Source: an uncultured Solirubrobacteraceae bacterium (lineage in GTDB: Bacteria > Actinomycetota > Thermoleophilia > Solirubrobacterales > Solirubrobacteraceae). Taken from it: 64,000 bases of DNA. This document shows positions 55,250-64,000 of this stretch, in pieces. The notes under the pieces were generated by a model, which was not told the DNA's origin, ran no database searches, and saw nothing but the letters and a program-made list of their open reading frames with translations. The DNA lies in contig CAVTSK010000022.1 in NCBI GenBank assembly GCA_963737335.1, positions 4,017-68,016 on the forward strand, read 5' to 3'. The number at the start of each line of letters is the position of its first letter. Positions within the stretch are counted from its first letter, which is position 1. The position numbers and the translations under genes are program-made.

Positions 55250-55315
55250 CGTTGGCGCGTCCTCACCGCGCGCGCCCCCTGGTGCGCGCGCGTCTGAGCG
55301 CCCGGGTGAGCGAGA

Positions 55316-56386
55316 ATGTCGGCGATGCCGGCCCCCGAGCCCCAATCGATCCTCGAGCAGCCGACCTCGTCGGCGATCTTCCTGGTGCTGGTCGTCGAGC
55401 CCGGCCACGAGGACGCCGTCCGCGACTTCCTGGGCGAGATCAACGGGCTGCGCCGGTCCGTCGGCTTCCGGGTCCCCGAAGCGCAGCTGAGCTGCGTGAC
55501 GGGCATCGGGGCGGCACTGTGGGACCGCCTGTTTGACCCGCCGCGCCCGGCCGAGCTGCACGTCCTGCCCGAGATCGCCGGCGCGCGCCACCTTTCGGTG
55601 AGCACCCCCGGCGACCTGCTCCTTCACATCCGCGCCGGGCGCCTCGACCTCTGCTTCGAGCTGGCCCAGCGGCTGACCGAGGCGCTCGACGGCCACGCGC
55701 GCGTCATCGATGAGGTGCACGGTTTCCGTTCCTTTGACGAGCGCGACCTCCTGGGTTTCGTCGACGGGACCGAGAACCCCGAGGGCGGCGCGGCGCAAGC
55801 GGCCGCGCTCATCGCCGACGAGGATCCGGCCTTCGCCGGAGGCAGCTACGTCGTCGTCCAGAAGTACCTGCACGATCTCACTACATGGGACGCCCTGAGC
55901 GTCGAGGACCAAGAGCGCGCCATCGGGCGCAGCAAGCTCGCCGACCTCGAGATGCCCGACGACGTCAAGCCCCCCAACTCGCACGTCGCCCTCACCGTGA
56001 TCGAGGACGAGAACGGCGAGGAACAGCAGATCCTGCGTTACAACATGCCCTTCGGGCGCGTGGGCTCCCGGGAGTTCGGGACCTACTTCATCGGCTATGC
56101 CGCCAGGCCCGCGATCATCGAGCAGATGCTCACCAACATGTTCGTGGGCAGCCCGCCCGGCACCACCGACCGGGTCCTGGACTTCTCCACCGCGGTCACG
56201 GGCACGCTGTTCTTCGTGCCCACCTCGGACTTCCTGGATGACCCGCCCGCCCCCGGGGCCGGAGCGGCGGACGCTGACACGGCGGACACCAGCGTGGCCG
56301 ACACCGGCGCGCCGGACGCGCCCGGACCGGCCGGTGACAGCGGCGACGGATCGCTGCGGATCGGCAGCCTCAGGCCACCCCGCTGA
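55316..56386 (+). CDS. DyP-type peroxidase with C-terminal encapsulin-type targeting peptide
   Basis: ORF track 55316..56386. GFVDGTENP (GXXDG) motif, DyP fold sequence throughout, then a Pro/Ala/Gly/Asp linker and the terminal DGSLRIGSLRPPR (56345-56383). Confidence 0.9.
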   Translation: MSAMPAPEPQSILEQPTSSAIFLVLVVEPGHEDAVRDFLGEINGLRRSVGFRVPEAQLSCVTGIGAALWDRLFDPPRPAELHVLPEIAGARHLSVSTPGDLLLHIRAGRLDLCFELAQRLTEALDGHARVIDEVHGFRSFDERDLLGFVDGTENPEGGAAQAAALIADEDPAFAGGSYVVVQKYLHDLTTWDALSVEDQERAIGRSKLADLEMPDDVKPPNSHVALTVIEDENGEEQQILRYNMPFGRVGSREFGTYFIGYAARPAIIEQMLTNMFVGSPPGTTDRVLDFSTAVTGTLFFVPTSDFLDDPPAPGAGAADADTADTSVADTGAPDAPGPAGDSGDGSLRIGSLRPPR

Positions 56387-56394
56387 CTCGCGCG

Positions 56395-57333
56395 CTACGC
56401 GCCGTTGGCCAGCGGCAGCGCGCGGAGCTCCTCGTGCAGCGGATCATCGGGCGGCGTCCACCACGGCTCGGCCGGGCGGACGTGGAGTCCGGCCACGCGC
56501 GTCAGCGACGCCGCGTCGGCACGTAGGTCGGCGACCGCGGGCCGGTCGTCGTCGGCGCGCGTGACCAGCGACCAGCACCACACGGGTGTCGGGTCGCGCA
56601 CCGCGACGACACGCAGCCCGGTGGGCAGGCGCGCCTGATGGCGCTTGGGCGACTCCAGCACCGGCGCCCCCATGCGCAGGCAGCGCTCGTGGAACCCCGG
56701 TCCGGCGATGCCGCCGTCATCGACGTGGACGACGGTGGCGCCGGTGTCGTGCGCGAACGCCTCGGCGAACCGGTTCCACGCGTCCCAGGAGGTGAGGTCG
56801 GCGTCGACCAGGACGCGGAGATCGGTGGCGCGGACCGCCGCCGCTCTCCCCCGCGCCACAGCCACCGCGTGCAGCGGCTCGGGCCATAGCAGTCGCACGT
56901 CGAGGCGGTCATCGGGCCGCGGCGTCCACGCGATCGCGGCGTCCAGCGTGCCCTCCAGCACGCGCTCGACCTGGATGTGGCTGGGCATCACCCACTCGTC
57001 GATGCGCAGATCGGTGCGCACCGTGGCCGGCAGCTCGTCGGGCAGCCAGCTCACGTAGCCCAGGCGCACCGGCCCTGAGGCACTCGCCAGCCGCCGCCGC
57101 GCGGCGCCGGCCAGCGCGAGCATCTCGCGGGCGTCGGGCAGCAGCGTGCGCCCGGCCGAGGTCAGGCGCACGTGGCGGCGGTCCCGGACGAAGAGGTCGA
57201 CCCCCACACTGCGCTCCAGCGCCTTGATCTGCTGGGACAGCGAGGGACCGGCGATGCGCAGCCGCTCGGCCGCTCGCCCGAAGTGCAGCTCCTCGGCGAC
57301 CGCCACGAAGTAGCGCAATTGGCGCAGTTCCAC
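56395..57333 (-). CDS. LysR family transcriptional regulator
   Basis: ORF track 56395..57333. ELRQLRYFVAVAEELHFGRAAERLRIAGPSLSQQIKALE HTH. Divergent from the nitronate monooxygenase gene. The AGGAAATTCCT palindrome at 57357-57367 lies in the spacer. Confidence 0.9.
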   Translation of the reverse strand: MELRQLRYFVAVAEELHFGRAAERLRIAGPSLSQQIKALERSVGVDLFVRDRRHVRLTSAGRTLLPDAREMLALAGAARRRLASASGPVRLGYVSWLPDELPATVRTDLRIDEWVMPSHIQVERVLEGTLDAAIAWTPRPDDRLDVRLLWPEPLHAVAVARGRAAAVRATDLRVLVDADLTSWDAWNRFAEAFAHDTGATVVHVDDGGIAGPGFHERCLRMGAPVLESPKRHQARLPTGLRVVAVRDPTPVWCWSLVTRADDDRPAVADLRADAASLTRVAGLHVRPAEPWWTPPDDPLHEELRALPLANGA

Positions 57334-57422
57334 GGCGCAAGGATACGGCCTGTGCGAGGAAATTCCTATCAGCGAGACACAGCCGGTCGTGGACAGGCGA
57401 GCGTCGGACGTAGGAGGATGGT

Positions 57423-58496
57423 GTGGTCATGACATTTGACCTGCGCAGCCTGGAGTTTCCGATCGTGCAGGCGCCGATGGCCGGCGGCCCGTCCACCCCG
57501 GCCCTGGCCGCCGCGGTGGGCAACGCCGGCGGGCTGGGCTTCCTCGCCGCCGGCTACAAGACGGCGGAGGCGGTAGCTGATGACATCGCGCAGCTGCGCG
57601 CCGCCGGCGGCGCCCCGTTCGGGGTCAACATCTTCGTCCCGTCCGCCGACCCGGCGCCCGGCGAGGCCGCGGTGGCCTACGCCCGGACCCTTGCCGCCGA
57701 CGCCGAGCGCCATGGCGTGGCGCTGGGCGACCCGCGCTTTGACGATGATGCCTACGAGGCCAAGCTCGAGCTGGTCATGCGCGAGCGTGTCCCGGTGGTG
57801 TCCTTCACCTTCGGCTGCCCCGGGTCCGAGACCGTGGCGGCGCTGCATGAGCACGACATCGCGGTGTGGGTGACGGTGACCGGTCCCGAGGAGGCGGCGC
57901 TCGCGCAGGAGGCGGACGCCGATGCCCTGGTGGCCCAGGGCACCGAGGCCGGCGGGCATCGGGGGTACTTCAGCGACAGCGGCGACCACGAGGAGTACGG
58001 GTTGCTCGTCCTGCTGCGACTGCTGCGCGCCGGGTCGCCGCCGCCCCTGGTGGCCACGGGCGGTCTCATGGACGGGGCCGCCATCGCCGCCGCCCTGGTG
58101 GCCGGCGCGAGCGCGGTGCAGTTGGGCAGCGCGTTTCTGCTGACGCCCGAAGCCGGCACCTCGGCCCCGCACCGCGCGCGGCTGGCGGTGCCCGGCGTCA
58201 CCCGGCTCACCCGCGCTTTCAGCGGGCGCCCGGCGCGGGGGATCGTCAACCGGTTCATGGAAGAGCACGATGCCGACGCGCCGAGCGCCTACCCCCACGT
58301 TCATCACCTCACCAGTCCGCTGCGCGCCGCGGCACGGGCCGCCGGCGACGCTGAGGCCATCAACCTGTGGGCCGGCCAGGGCCACGCGCAGGCGCAGGCC
58401 CGGCCGGCAGGTGAGATCGTGCGCGCGCTCGCCGACGACGCCGCGCAGGCGCTGGCCGACGCGGTGGCAACCGCCGGCCTCGCGCGATCAGCCTGA
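57423..58496 (+). CDS. nitronate monooxygenase (NMO / 2-nitropropane dioxygenase family)
   Basis: ORF track 57423..58496. FPIVQAPMAGGPSTPALAAAVGNAGGLGFLAAGY. AGGAGG lies 5 nt upstream of GTG 57423; ATG 57429 is an alternative start. Confidence 0.88.
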   Translation: MVMTFDLRSLEFPIVQAPMAGGPSTPALAAAVGNAGGLGFLAAGYKTAEAVADDIAQLRAAGGAPFGVNIFVPSADPAPGEAAVAYARTLAADAERHGVALGDPRFDDDAYEAKLELVMRERVPVVSFTFGCPGSETVAALHEHDIAVWVTVTGPEEAALAQEADADALVAQGTEAGGHRGYFSDSGDHEEYGLLVLLRLLRAGSPPPLVATGGLMDGAAIAAALVAGASAVQLGSAFLLTPEAGTSAPHRARLAVPGVTRLTRAFSGRPARGIVNRFMEEHDADAPSAYPHVHHLTSPLRAAARAAGDAEAINLWAGQGHAQAQARPAGEIVRALADDAAQALADAVATAGLARSA

Positions 58497-59267
58497 GCCG
58501 GCGGCGGCTTCGGCGGCGCGCACGACGTCGAGCACCTCGTCGTGCAGCGGGCCGTTGGTGACCAGAGCGGTGCGCGAGTCGATCCGCGCCTGACCGGCGA
58601 GATCGGTGAACCGGCCGCCCGCCTCCTCCACGATCACCTTGGGTGCCGCGTAGTCCCAGGCATAGCCACCGCCGCTGAGCGCGACGTCCGCCTGGCCCGC
58701 GGCCACGGCCAGGAAGCCGTGGCCGTTGCGGGGGCGGACCCGGCGGGCTCGCCCGGCCACCGCGGTGAGCGGACGGCCGGGAATCCGGTTCTCGAGCGTT
58801 CCGCGCCAATCGTCGTTGACGGTCGCATCCCCCAGCCGCGTGACCGTGGAGACGGCCAGCCGCTCGCCGTTCAGAAACGCTCCGTCGCCCGTGGCGGCCC
58901 ACCACCGCTCTGAGCACGCCGGGACGGAGACGACGCCGACCGCGACGTCTTCACCGCGCCCCAGCGCCACGAACGTCATCCAGTTGGGATCCCCGTCCAC
59001 GAACCGGGCGGTCCCGTCGATCGGGTCCAGGTACCAGCACCATTCCCCCTCGCCGCTGGCCCCGTACTCCTCGCCCAGCACCGCATGATCGGGGCGACGC
59101 TGCGCGAGGCGCTCGCGCAGGGTTCGCTCGACCGTCTGGTCCACGTCGGTCACCGGGGACCCGTCGGGCTTGATCGTGACCGTGAAGTCACGATCACGGA
59201 ACCGCGGGAGGGCGATCCCGGCGGCGATGTCGCTCAGCTCGAGGGCCAGCTCCAGATCGGCATGCAT
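58488..59267 (-). CDS. inositol monophosphatase family protein (possibly histidinol-phosphatase HisN)
   Basis: ORF track 58488..59267. GEEYG and WYLDPIDGT metal-binding motifs. 9-nt convergent overlap with the NMO gene. Confidence 0.8.
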   Translation of the reverse strand: MHADLELALELSDIAAGIALPRFRDRDFTVTIKPDGSPVTDVDQTVERTLRERLAQRRPDHAVLGEEYGASGEGEWCWYLDPIDGTARFVDGDPNWMTFVALGRGEDVAVGVVSVPACSERWWAATGDGAFLNGERLAVSTVTRLGDATVNDDWRGTLENRIPGRPLTAVAGRARRVRPRNGHGFLAVAAGQADVALSGGGYAWDYAAPKVIVEEAGGRFTDLAGQARIDSRTALVTNGPLHDEVLDVVRAAEAAAGSG

Positions 59268-59319
59268 CTCCCGGAGTCTGAGGCATCGCCGCCGGCCAGG
59301 TCGTCTCAGCCCGTCTCGG

Positions 59320-60258
59320 TCACCACCACCACGGGCCGCCGGCGCTCAGCACGTGGCCGACCACGAGGTCGACGAGGTCAGACACGTAGCGCCCGCCCTT
59401 GACGTCGCCGTCGACCACCAGCCGCGGCTCGGCCAGCGCCGTCCCGTCCTCGTTGAGCGAGATCTGCAGCTGCCGCTGACCCACCCACTGCTCAGCCGGG
59501 GTCACCACCGCGACGTAGGCGTCGGAGCCGACGCCGGCCACCCAGGTATTGAGCCCGCTGCGCACGTGAGCGGCACGCAGGACCGTGCCGAGGCTCGGCC
59601 CGACCTCGGTGTGGGACTGCGGGGTGGTGCCGGCCTGGAAACTGACCTGCAACGTCTCGGAGGGCAGCGCCGCGAGCTGGGTCGCGGTGAGGACGCGGCT
59701 GTGCGTGCCGTCAACGACGGTGACCGCGCCCGGCGACGGAGGGGTCGTCGGGGCCAGGCTCTGCACGCCCACCGTGACGCGGCTGACGTCGTCCACGGAC
59801 CGCAGACCGAAGCGGTCACCGGGTACCACCAGCTCAGGGGCCACCAGCGGATGGCCGTCCTGGGCGAGCGCCAGGTAGGCGGGATGGCTGCCGAAGCTCG
59901 GATCCAGCTCGCCCAGCGCGAGCGTCACCGACCGGCCGAAGGCGCCGGTCACGGTCACGGTCACGCGCAGAATCGCGTTCTTGGCCGACGGCAGCGTCGG
60001 CGCGGCGGCGTTGACCAGATCCTCCACGGAGACACCCGTGTCGCTGTGCGTCCGGGTCCGCCACCACTCGTGCTGGGTGACCGTGAACGTCGACTGCGGA
60101 AGCGCGCCGAGCTGCGCCTCCGAGTAGGTGGCCGGCGTCGCCACCGCGCCGCCGACGCTCACGCTCGCCGCGTGCCGTCCCGGGAAGGCCGCCGCCGTGG
60201 CGGCATTCAGTCCCGCACATCCGGCCGCCACCGCGGCCGCGATCAACCATCTGCGCAT
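59320..60258 (-). CDS. secreted protein with two tandem molybdopterin-oxidoreductase-like (Oxidored_molyb-type) repeats; function unknown
   Basis: ORF track 59320..60258. Signal peptide MRRWLIAAAVAAGCAGLNAATAAA. Two ~140-aa halves each end in a PxLVVxGD...V..V..V pattern (PELVVPGDRFGLRSVDDVSRVTV and PRLVVDGDVKGGRYVSDLVDLVV). Confidence 0.6.
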   Translation of the reverse strand: MRRWLIAAAVAAGCAGLNAATAAAFPGRHAASVSVGGAVATPATYSEAQLGALPQSTFTVTQHEWWRTRTHSDTGVSVEDLVNAAAPTLPSAKNAILRVTVTVTGAFGRSVTLALGELDPSFGSHPAYLALAQDGHPLVAPELVVPGDRFGLRSVDDVSRVTVGVQSLAPTTPPSPGAVTVVDGTHSRVLTATQLAALPSETLQVSFQAGTTPQSHTEVGPSLGTVLRAAHVRSGLNTWVAGVGSDAYVAVVTPAEQWVGQRQLQISLNEDGTALAEPRLVVDGDVKGGRYVSDLVDLVVGHVLSAGGPWWW

Positions 60259-60338
60259 GTGAACCCCTTTGTTTCCTCGCTTGGGAGCCTATGCAGCTCC
60301 TAGGCAGATCCTATGCGCGACCGCGGGTCGGCCACAAG

Positions 60339-62930
60339 TCAGCGGGCGGTCACCACCAGCGTGTGGGGACCGCTCCCGGTCACCGGCGCCGTGACCTCCA
60401 CGCCCCGGTTGGTGTGGCGCACCTGCACGCCGTGGGCCGGGTGGCCGTCGAGCGCCACCGACGCCGGCGTGCCGCCGGCCGGCAGGGTGTGCCCGATCTG
60501 CACGGAATGCAACTGGAGGTGGTTGAGCGTGAGCATGGTCGTGTAGCGCTTGCCCGCGTGGGAGGCGAACACGTTGATGGAACCGTTGCCCATGCCGAGG
60601 CGGATGTTGTTGCCGCCCACGCTCGGCTGGTCACTCGGCACCTGCGGTACGACCTGGAGCGCGCTCTGGCCCATGAACGGGCGGATGCCGAGTTGCTGGC
60701 TGACGACCGGCCAGATGGTCCCGTAGTTGCCCCACGCCTGCATGACCATCGACCGGCAGGTCCAGCAGCGGTTGATGTTCGCCGGGATCCCCGTCGAGGG
60801 GTCGCCGTTGGGCGCCGAGGGGAAGATCTCGGGCATCGCGCCCGGCATCTCGTCGGGAGTGCCCCCGGTGGCGGGCTCGGCGAACATCGTCTCGGCGTTG
60901 GCGTCGGTGTAACGCTGCTGCTGGTCGGGACCCAGGCGGCCGTAGTTGCCCTCGCCGACGGCCTGGATGGCGGTCGTCAGCGAGAAGATCTCGAAGTCGC
61001 CCGCGCCGTCGGCGCCGCCGCCGCACGCCGTGTGAAAGAGCCCGAGGCTCCCGGGGCGATCTCCGCTGAAGCAGGCGCTCTCGCGCGTGGCCAGCGCGGC
61101 GACACCGTGATCGTGGCTGGCCACGCCCGGGGTCGTCTGCGTCCCCTGAGTCAGGGTGGCCTCCATCGGGACCTGGTCGATCCAGTTCTTCAAATAGGCC
61201 TGGTTGTTGGCCGGGTTGTCGAGCGAATCGGCGTACTGGGAGACCGACGGGTCCCACCACGTCTGCTCGAACTGGGTGCGCAGCTTGTTGGCCAGGTTGG
61301 TCGCCCAGGTCACCGTGGCGCTGTCGTGCTCGGCCTGGGCCATGTCGGCCAGGTCATAGAGCCCGCGCATGTAGTAGACGCCGTTGTCGAGCTTCTCCGG
61401 TCCCAGACCGGGGCGCTCGACGTTGCCCGAGCCCTCGGGCCACCCGTCGTGATCGACGTCGAAGCGGTCGTTGATGACGTGCAGGTTGCGCTTGGTGAAG
61501 TCGTACATGCTGTCCAGGAACTTCTTGTCTCCCGTCCATCGCCACACCAGGGCGACGGCGCTGGGGAACTTGACCGTCTCGTCGGTGTTGAAGTCGTTGG
61601 TCACGGTGCCGTCGCTGGCGGTCGTCTGACTGTCGTGGCCGAAGTAGACCGAGCCGTCGGAGACGGTCTCGTGGACCACGATCCCCGAACGGTGGTTGAG
61701 GATGTCGGAGATCTCCCGCAGCGCGGTGAGGTGGTCCTCGATGGTCTGGAACTGGCCCACGGCGACCGCCGGGAAGGCGGTGTACTCGCCGTCGGTGGAG
61801 AAGATCCACGGATAGTCGGGGAAGCCGGCGGCGAACCACTTGGCGTGGGCCACCGTTCCGAGCGCCGCCGGGTACTGCGTGCCCTGGTTGGTCCACCGGA
61901 TCTGCAGGTTGGACGCTGACTGGGTGAGATCGGCGAGGTTCTGCTTGCCCCACTGCACGGCGTTCTGGAGCACCCGGTCGCCGGGGATCGACACCACCGT
62001 GTTCTGGGCCAGCGCGTCGCGCGAGGCCATCTTGCCCTGTAGCTCCTGGTCGGGATTGGCGATGGCGCCGGCGAGCTGAGCCTTGGCGTCCGACACGCTC
62101 TGATCAGAACCGGCCGCCGCGATCCACAGCGTCCTCGAGCCGTGGGCGGGCAGCGACACGGTGTAGTCGAGCTCGCCGCCGGTGCCGTGGCCAAAGGGAC
62201 CGTCGTCACAGGAGCTCGGCTCCGAGGTGCTGTCAGTGGCGGCGCACACGGTGCCGGGCTCCGGGCCGCGGAAGTTGCCGCCGGTGGCGGCCGCCGTCCC
62301 CGAGGACGGGGTGCGGTTGGAGGCGACGAGCGCCGCGTAGTGATGGACGGGCACGCCGCCGCCGACGGTCCCGTCATCGGTGAAGACGAGCGAGCCGTTC
62401 TGGAAGGCGCCGTGATCGGGCACGTTGGTGCTCTCGTTGGGAGTCGTCGACCCCCACGGATAGGCGCCCATGAGCTCGGAGTGCGCGTCGACGTTGACGG
62501 TGACGGTGCGCGCCGCGCCCGGGTTGGTCAGCTTGAGCCCGAACAGCACCGCCCGGTAGGCATCGGGCGCGAAGTCGGTGCGCTGCAGCTGGACTCCGTC
62601 GGTCTGCGGCAGGTCATAGCGCGTGTAGCCCCACCCGCTGGTGAAGCGCGTCGCCGGCCCGATCCATGAGCCGTTGATTCCGAACCACACGCCGTCCAGC
62701 AGCTTCATCGGGGGCGCCCACACGCCCCCCATCTCGCCCGTGGTGTGCCAGCCGTTGGCGTAGAAGTAGCCGTTCTCGAAGCCCTCGGCATAGGACCGCT
62801 GGCCCGAGGCCACCTCCCGACGGTCCTGGAGCCGGTTGGTGACCGACAGCTCAGCGGCTCCCGCCTGCGCGCACACACAGCCCATGAGCACAGCGGTGAT
62901 CGCGGCCGTCGCGACCTTGTTCCAGCGCAT
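60339..62930 (-). CDS. secreted large glycoside hydrolase, (alpha/alpha)6-barrel, glycogen-debranching-enzyme-like
   Basis: ORF track 60339..62930. Signal peptide MRWNKVATAAITAVLMGCVCAQAGAA. WFAAGFPDYPWIFSTDGEY resembles the GDE_C/amylo-alpha-1,6-glucosidase family. GGGAGGA SD. Family assignment is tentative. Confidence 0.7.
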   Translation of the reverse strand: MRWNKVATAAITAVLMGCVCAQAGAAELSVTNRLQDRREVASGQRSYAEGFENGYFYANGWHTTGEMGGVWAPPMKLLDGVWFGINGSWIGPATRFTSGWGYTRYDLPQTDGVQLQRTDFAPDAYRAVLFGLKLTNPGAARTVTVNVDAHSELMGAYPWGSTTPNESTNVPDHGAFQNGSLVFTDDGTVGGGVPVHHYAALVASNRTPSSGTAAATGGNFRGPEPGTVCAATDSTSEPSSCDDGPFGHGTGGELDYTVSLPAHGSRTLWIAAAGSDQSVSDAKAQLAGAIANPDQELQGKMASRDALAQNTVVSIPGDRVLQNAVQWGKQNLADLTQSASNLQIRWTNQGTQYPAALGTVAHAKWFAAGFPDYPWIFSTDGEYTAFPAVAVGQFQTIEDHLTALREISDILNHRSGIVVHETVSDGSVYFGHDSQTTASDGTVTNDFNTDETVKFPSAVALVWRWTGDKKFLDSMYDFTKRNLHVINDRFDVDHDGWPEGSGNVERPGLGPEKLDNGVYYMRGLYDLADMAQAEHDSATVTWATNLANKLRTQFEQTWWDPSVSQYADSLDNPANNQAYLKNWIDQVPMEATLTQGTQTTPGVASHDHGVAALATRESACFSGDRPGSLGLFHTACGGGADGAGDFEIFSLTTAIQAVGEGNYGRLGPDQQQRYTDANAETMFAEPATGGTPDEMPGAMPEIFPSAPNGDPSTGIPANINRCWTCRSMVMQAWGNYGTIWPVVSQQLGIRPFMGQSALQVVPQVPSDQPSVGGNNIRLGMGNGSINVFASHAGKRYTTMLTLNHLQLHSVQIGHTLPAGGTPASVALDGHPAHGVQVRHTNRGVEVTAPVTGSGPHTLVVTAR

Positions 62931-63013
62931 CTGATCCTCCCACCTGTCCGAGTCCTCGCTCGCTCAGGGCATACCCACGGGCCGGTGCGACGAATCCCCT
63001 TGGGATCTGCGTG

Positions 63014-63859
63014 TCAGGCGCGCGCGGTGCAGCGGCTGACCTGCTCCCAGTTGTCGAGGTCGGCCCGCAGCCGCTCATGCTTGGCCCGAATGGCGTCCAC
63101 GGCGTCGGCGCCAAGGGCGAGACGTAGCGGCGCCTCGGGCGCGCCGATCGCCTCGAGGATCGCCGCCGCTGCTCTGTCGGGATCGCCGGGCTGTGAGCCG
63201 TCCATCTCATCCACCGCGGCTCGCGTCACGCCCGCGGTCGGGGCATAGTCATCGATGATGTTCCTGGTGCGGTGCATCCGCTGGGCGCCGAACTCGGTGC
63301 GAAACGCTCCTGGCTCGACGATCAGCACGCGGATGCCGAGCGGTCCGACCTCGCTGGCCAGCGCCTCGGACATCGCCTCGAGGGCGAACTTCGCCGAGCA
63401 GTAGGCACCGAAGCCCGCCAACGCCAGCTGGCCGCCCATCGAGCTGATCTGCACGATCGTTCCGCTGCCCCGCTCCCGCATGCCGGGGAGGACCGCCTGG
63501 GTCAGCCGGACGGGGCCGACGAACATCGTCTCGTGCAGCGTGGCCAGTTCATCCATGTCGAGCTCCTCGACGGCACCCACCGTCCCATAGCCCGCGTTGT
63601 TGACGAGGACGTCGATGCGGCCGAAGCGCTCCAGCGCCGCGGCCACCGCGGACACGATCTCGCCGGGGCGGGTGACGTCCATGCAAATCGCCGCTACGCG
63701 GTCCGGGACCTCGGCCACGAGGGCGTCGAGCGCCTCCGGATGGCGGGCGGTGGCGACGACCTGATCGCCGGCGGCCAGTGCGGCACGGGCGATGGCCAGC
63801 CCGAAGCCCGATGAGGTTCCGGTGATCAGCCAGGTACGGGGTGATGTGTTCGCGCTCAT
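63014..63859 (-). CDS. SDR family oxidoreductase
   Basis: Inner part of track ORF 63014..63898. MSANTSPRTWLITGTSSGFGLAIA glycine motif and YCSAK catalytic motif. Confidence 0.85.
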   Translation of the reverse strand: MSANTSPRTWLITGTSSGFGLAIARAALAAGDQVVATARHPEALDALVAEVPDRVAAICMDVTRPGEIVSAVAAALERFGRIDVLVNNAGYGTVGAVEELDMDELATLHETMFVGPVRLTQAVLPGMRERGSGTIVQISSMGGQLALAGFGAYCSAKFALEAMSEALASEVGPLGIRVLIVEPGAFRTEFGAQRMHRTRNIIDDYAPTAGVTRAAVDEMDGSQPGDPDRAAAAILEAIGAPEAPLRLALGADAVDAIRAKHERLRADLDNWEQVSRCTARA

Positions 63860-63928
63860 GGCTTGAACGTACGGCCGGCGCAGCGCGATCGACAACATCA
63901 GACTCCTGCCGCGCCACAGGAGGAGCCT

Positions 63929-64000
63929 GTGCCTAGACTGGACCTTGTGTCGTTCGACCTCCGGCAGCTGCGCTACTTCGTAACGGTGGCCGAGGCGGGC
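63929..64000 (+). CDS. LysR family transcriptional regulator, N-terminal 24 codons (runs off the right window edge)
   Basis: Own translation VPRLDLVSFDLRQLRYFVTVAEAG. GTG 63929 lies 3 nt after GGAGGAG. Divergent from the SDR gene. Confidence 0.7.
   Translation, partial: MPRLDLVSFDLRQLRYFVTVAEAG

Noticed and set aside
18618-58496. Convergent gene pairs overlapping by 4-18 nt (18618-18621, 27062-27065, 34164-34181, 49513-49516, 58488-58496)
   Set aside because: Real in the sequence, but common in compact GC-rich genomes. There is no evidence of antisense regulation from sequence alone.

Overview
Very GC-rich, densely coding chromosomal segment of an Actinomycetota-type bacterium. I support about 60 protein genes. 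I recognised no rRNA, tRNA, CRISPR array, transposase or integrase. Left third: a minus-strand central-carbon operon (pfk-tal-gnd-zwf-opcA-pgl-glucokinase-rpiB), a hydrolase/Crp/TSUP operon, a xylose locus (xylR-xylA divergent from xylB, with an AT-rich palindromic operator), and a TetR-headed leucine-catabolic cluster (acyl-CoA dehydrogenase, HMG-CoA lyase, methylcrotonyl-CoA carboxylase alpha and beta). Middle, about 30.1-39.1 kb: a regulatory island. It holds an unannotated 30-codon membrane micro-ORF with its own SD and a perfect 14-bp terminator just upstream of a GGDEF-EAL gene, a translationally coupled DUF5317-like gene, YbdK, a SigB/F-type sigma factor, a small exported peptide, a sensor-less HisKA_3 kinase with a LuxR response regulator, and a Crp/Fnr paralogue. 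Its AT-richer spacers contain non-random nested hairpins. Right third: a GH6-like secreted protein with a Calx-beta domain, a LAL regulator beside a methyltransferase and an alpha/beta-hydrolase::glycosyltransferase fusion, a DUF1906 secreted protein with an internal duplication, a MarR/secreted hydrolase pair, a DyP peroxidase, LysR/nitronate monooxygenase, an IMPase-family gene and a large secreted glycosidase. Most noteworthy: the DyP ends in an encapsulin-type targeting peptide (DGSLRIGSLRPPR), but no shell gene follows it or appears anywhere in the window. Next are the micro-ORF/terminator unit in front of the c-di-GMP gene and the structured non-coding spacers around the sigma factor and two-component genes. 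I cannot show that any of these is a new system. All calls rest on reading motifs by eye and on remembered family signatures; no search or folding program was run. Many long ORFs in the six-frame track are off-frame or antisense artefacts of the high GC content, and I did not call them.
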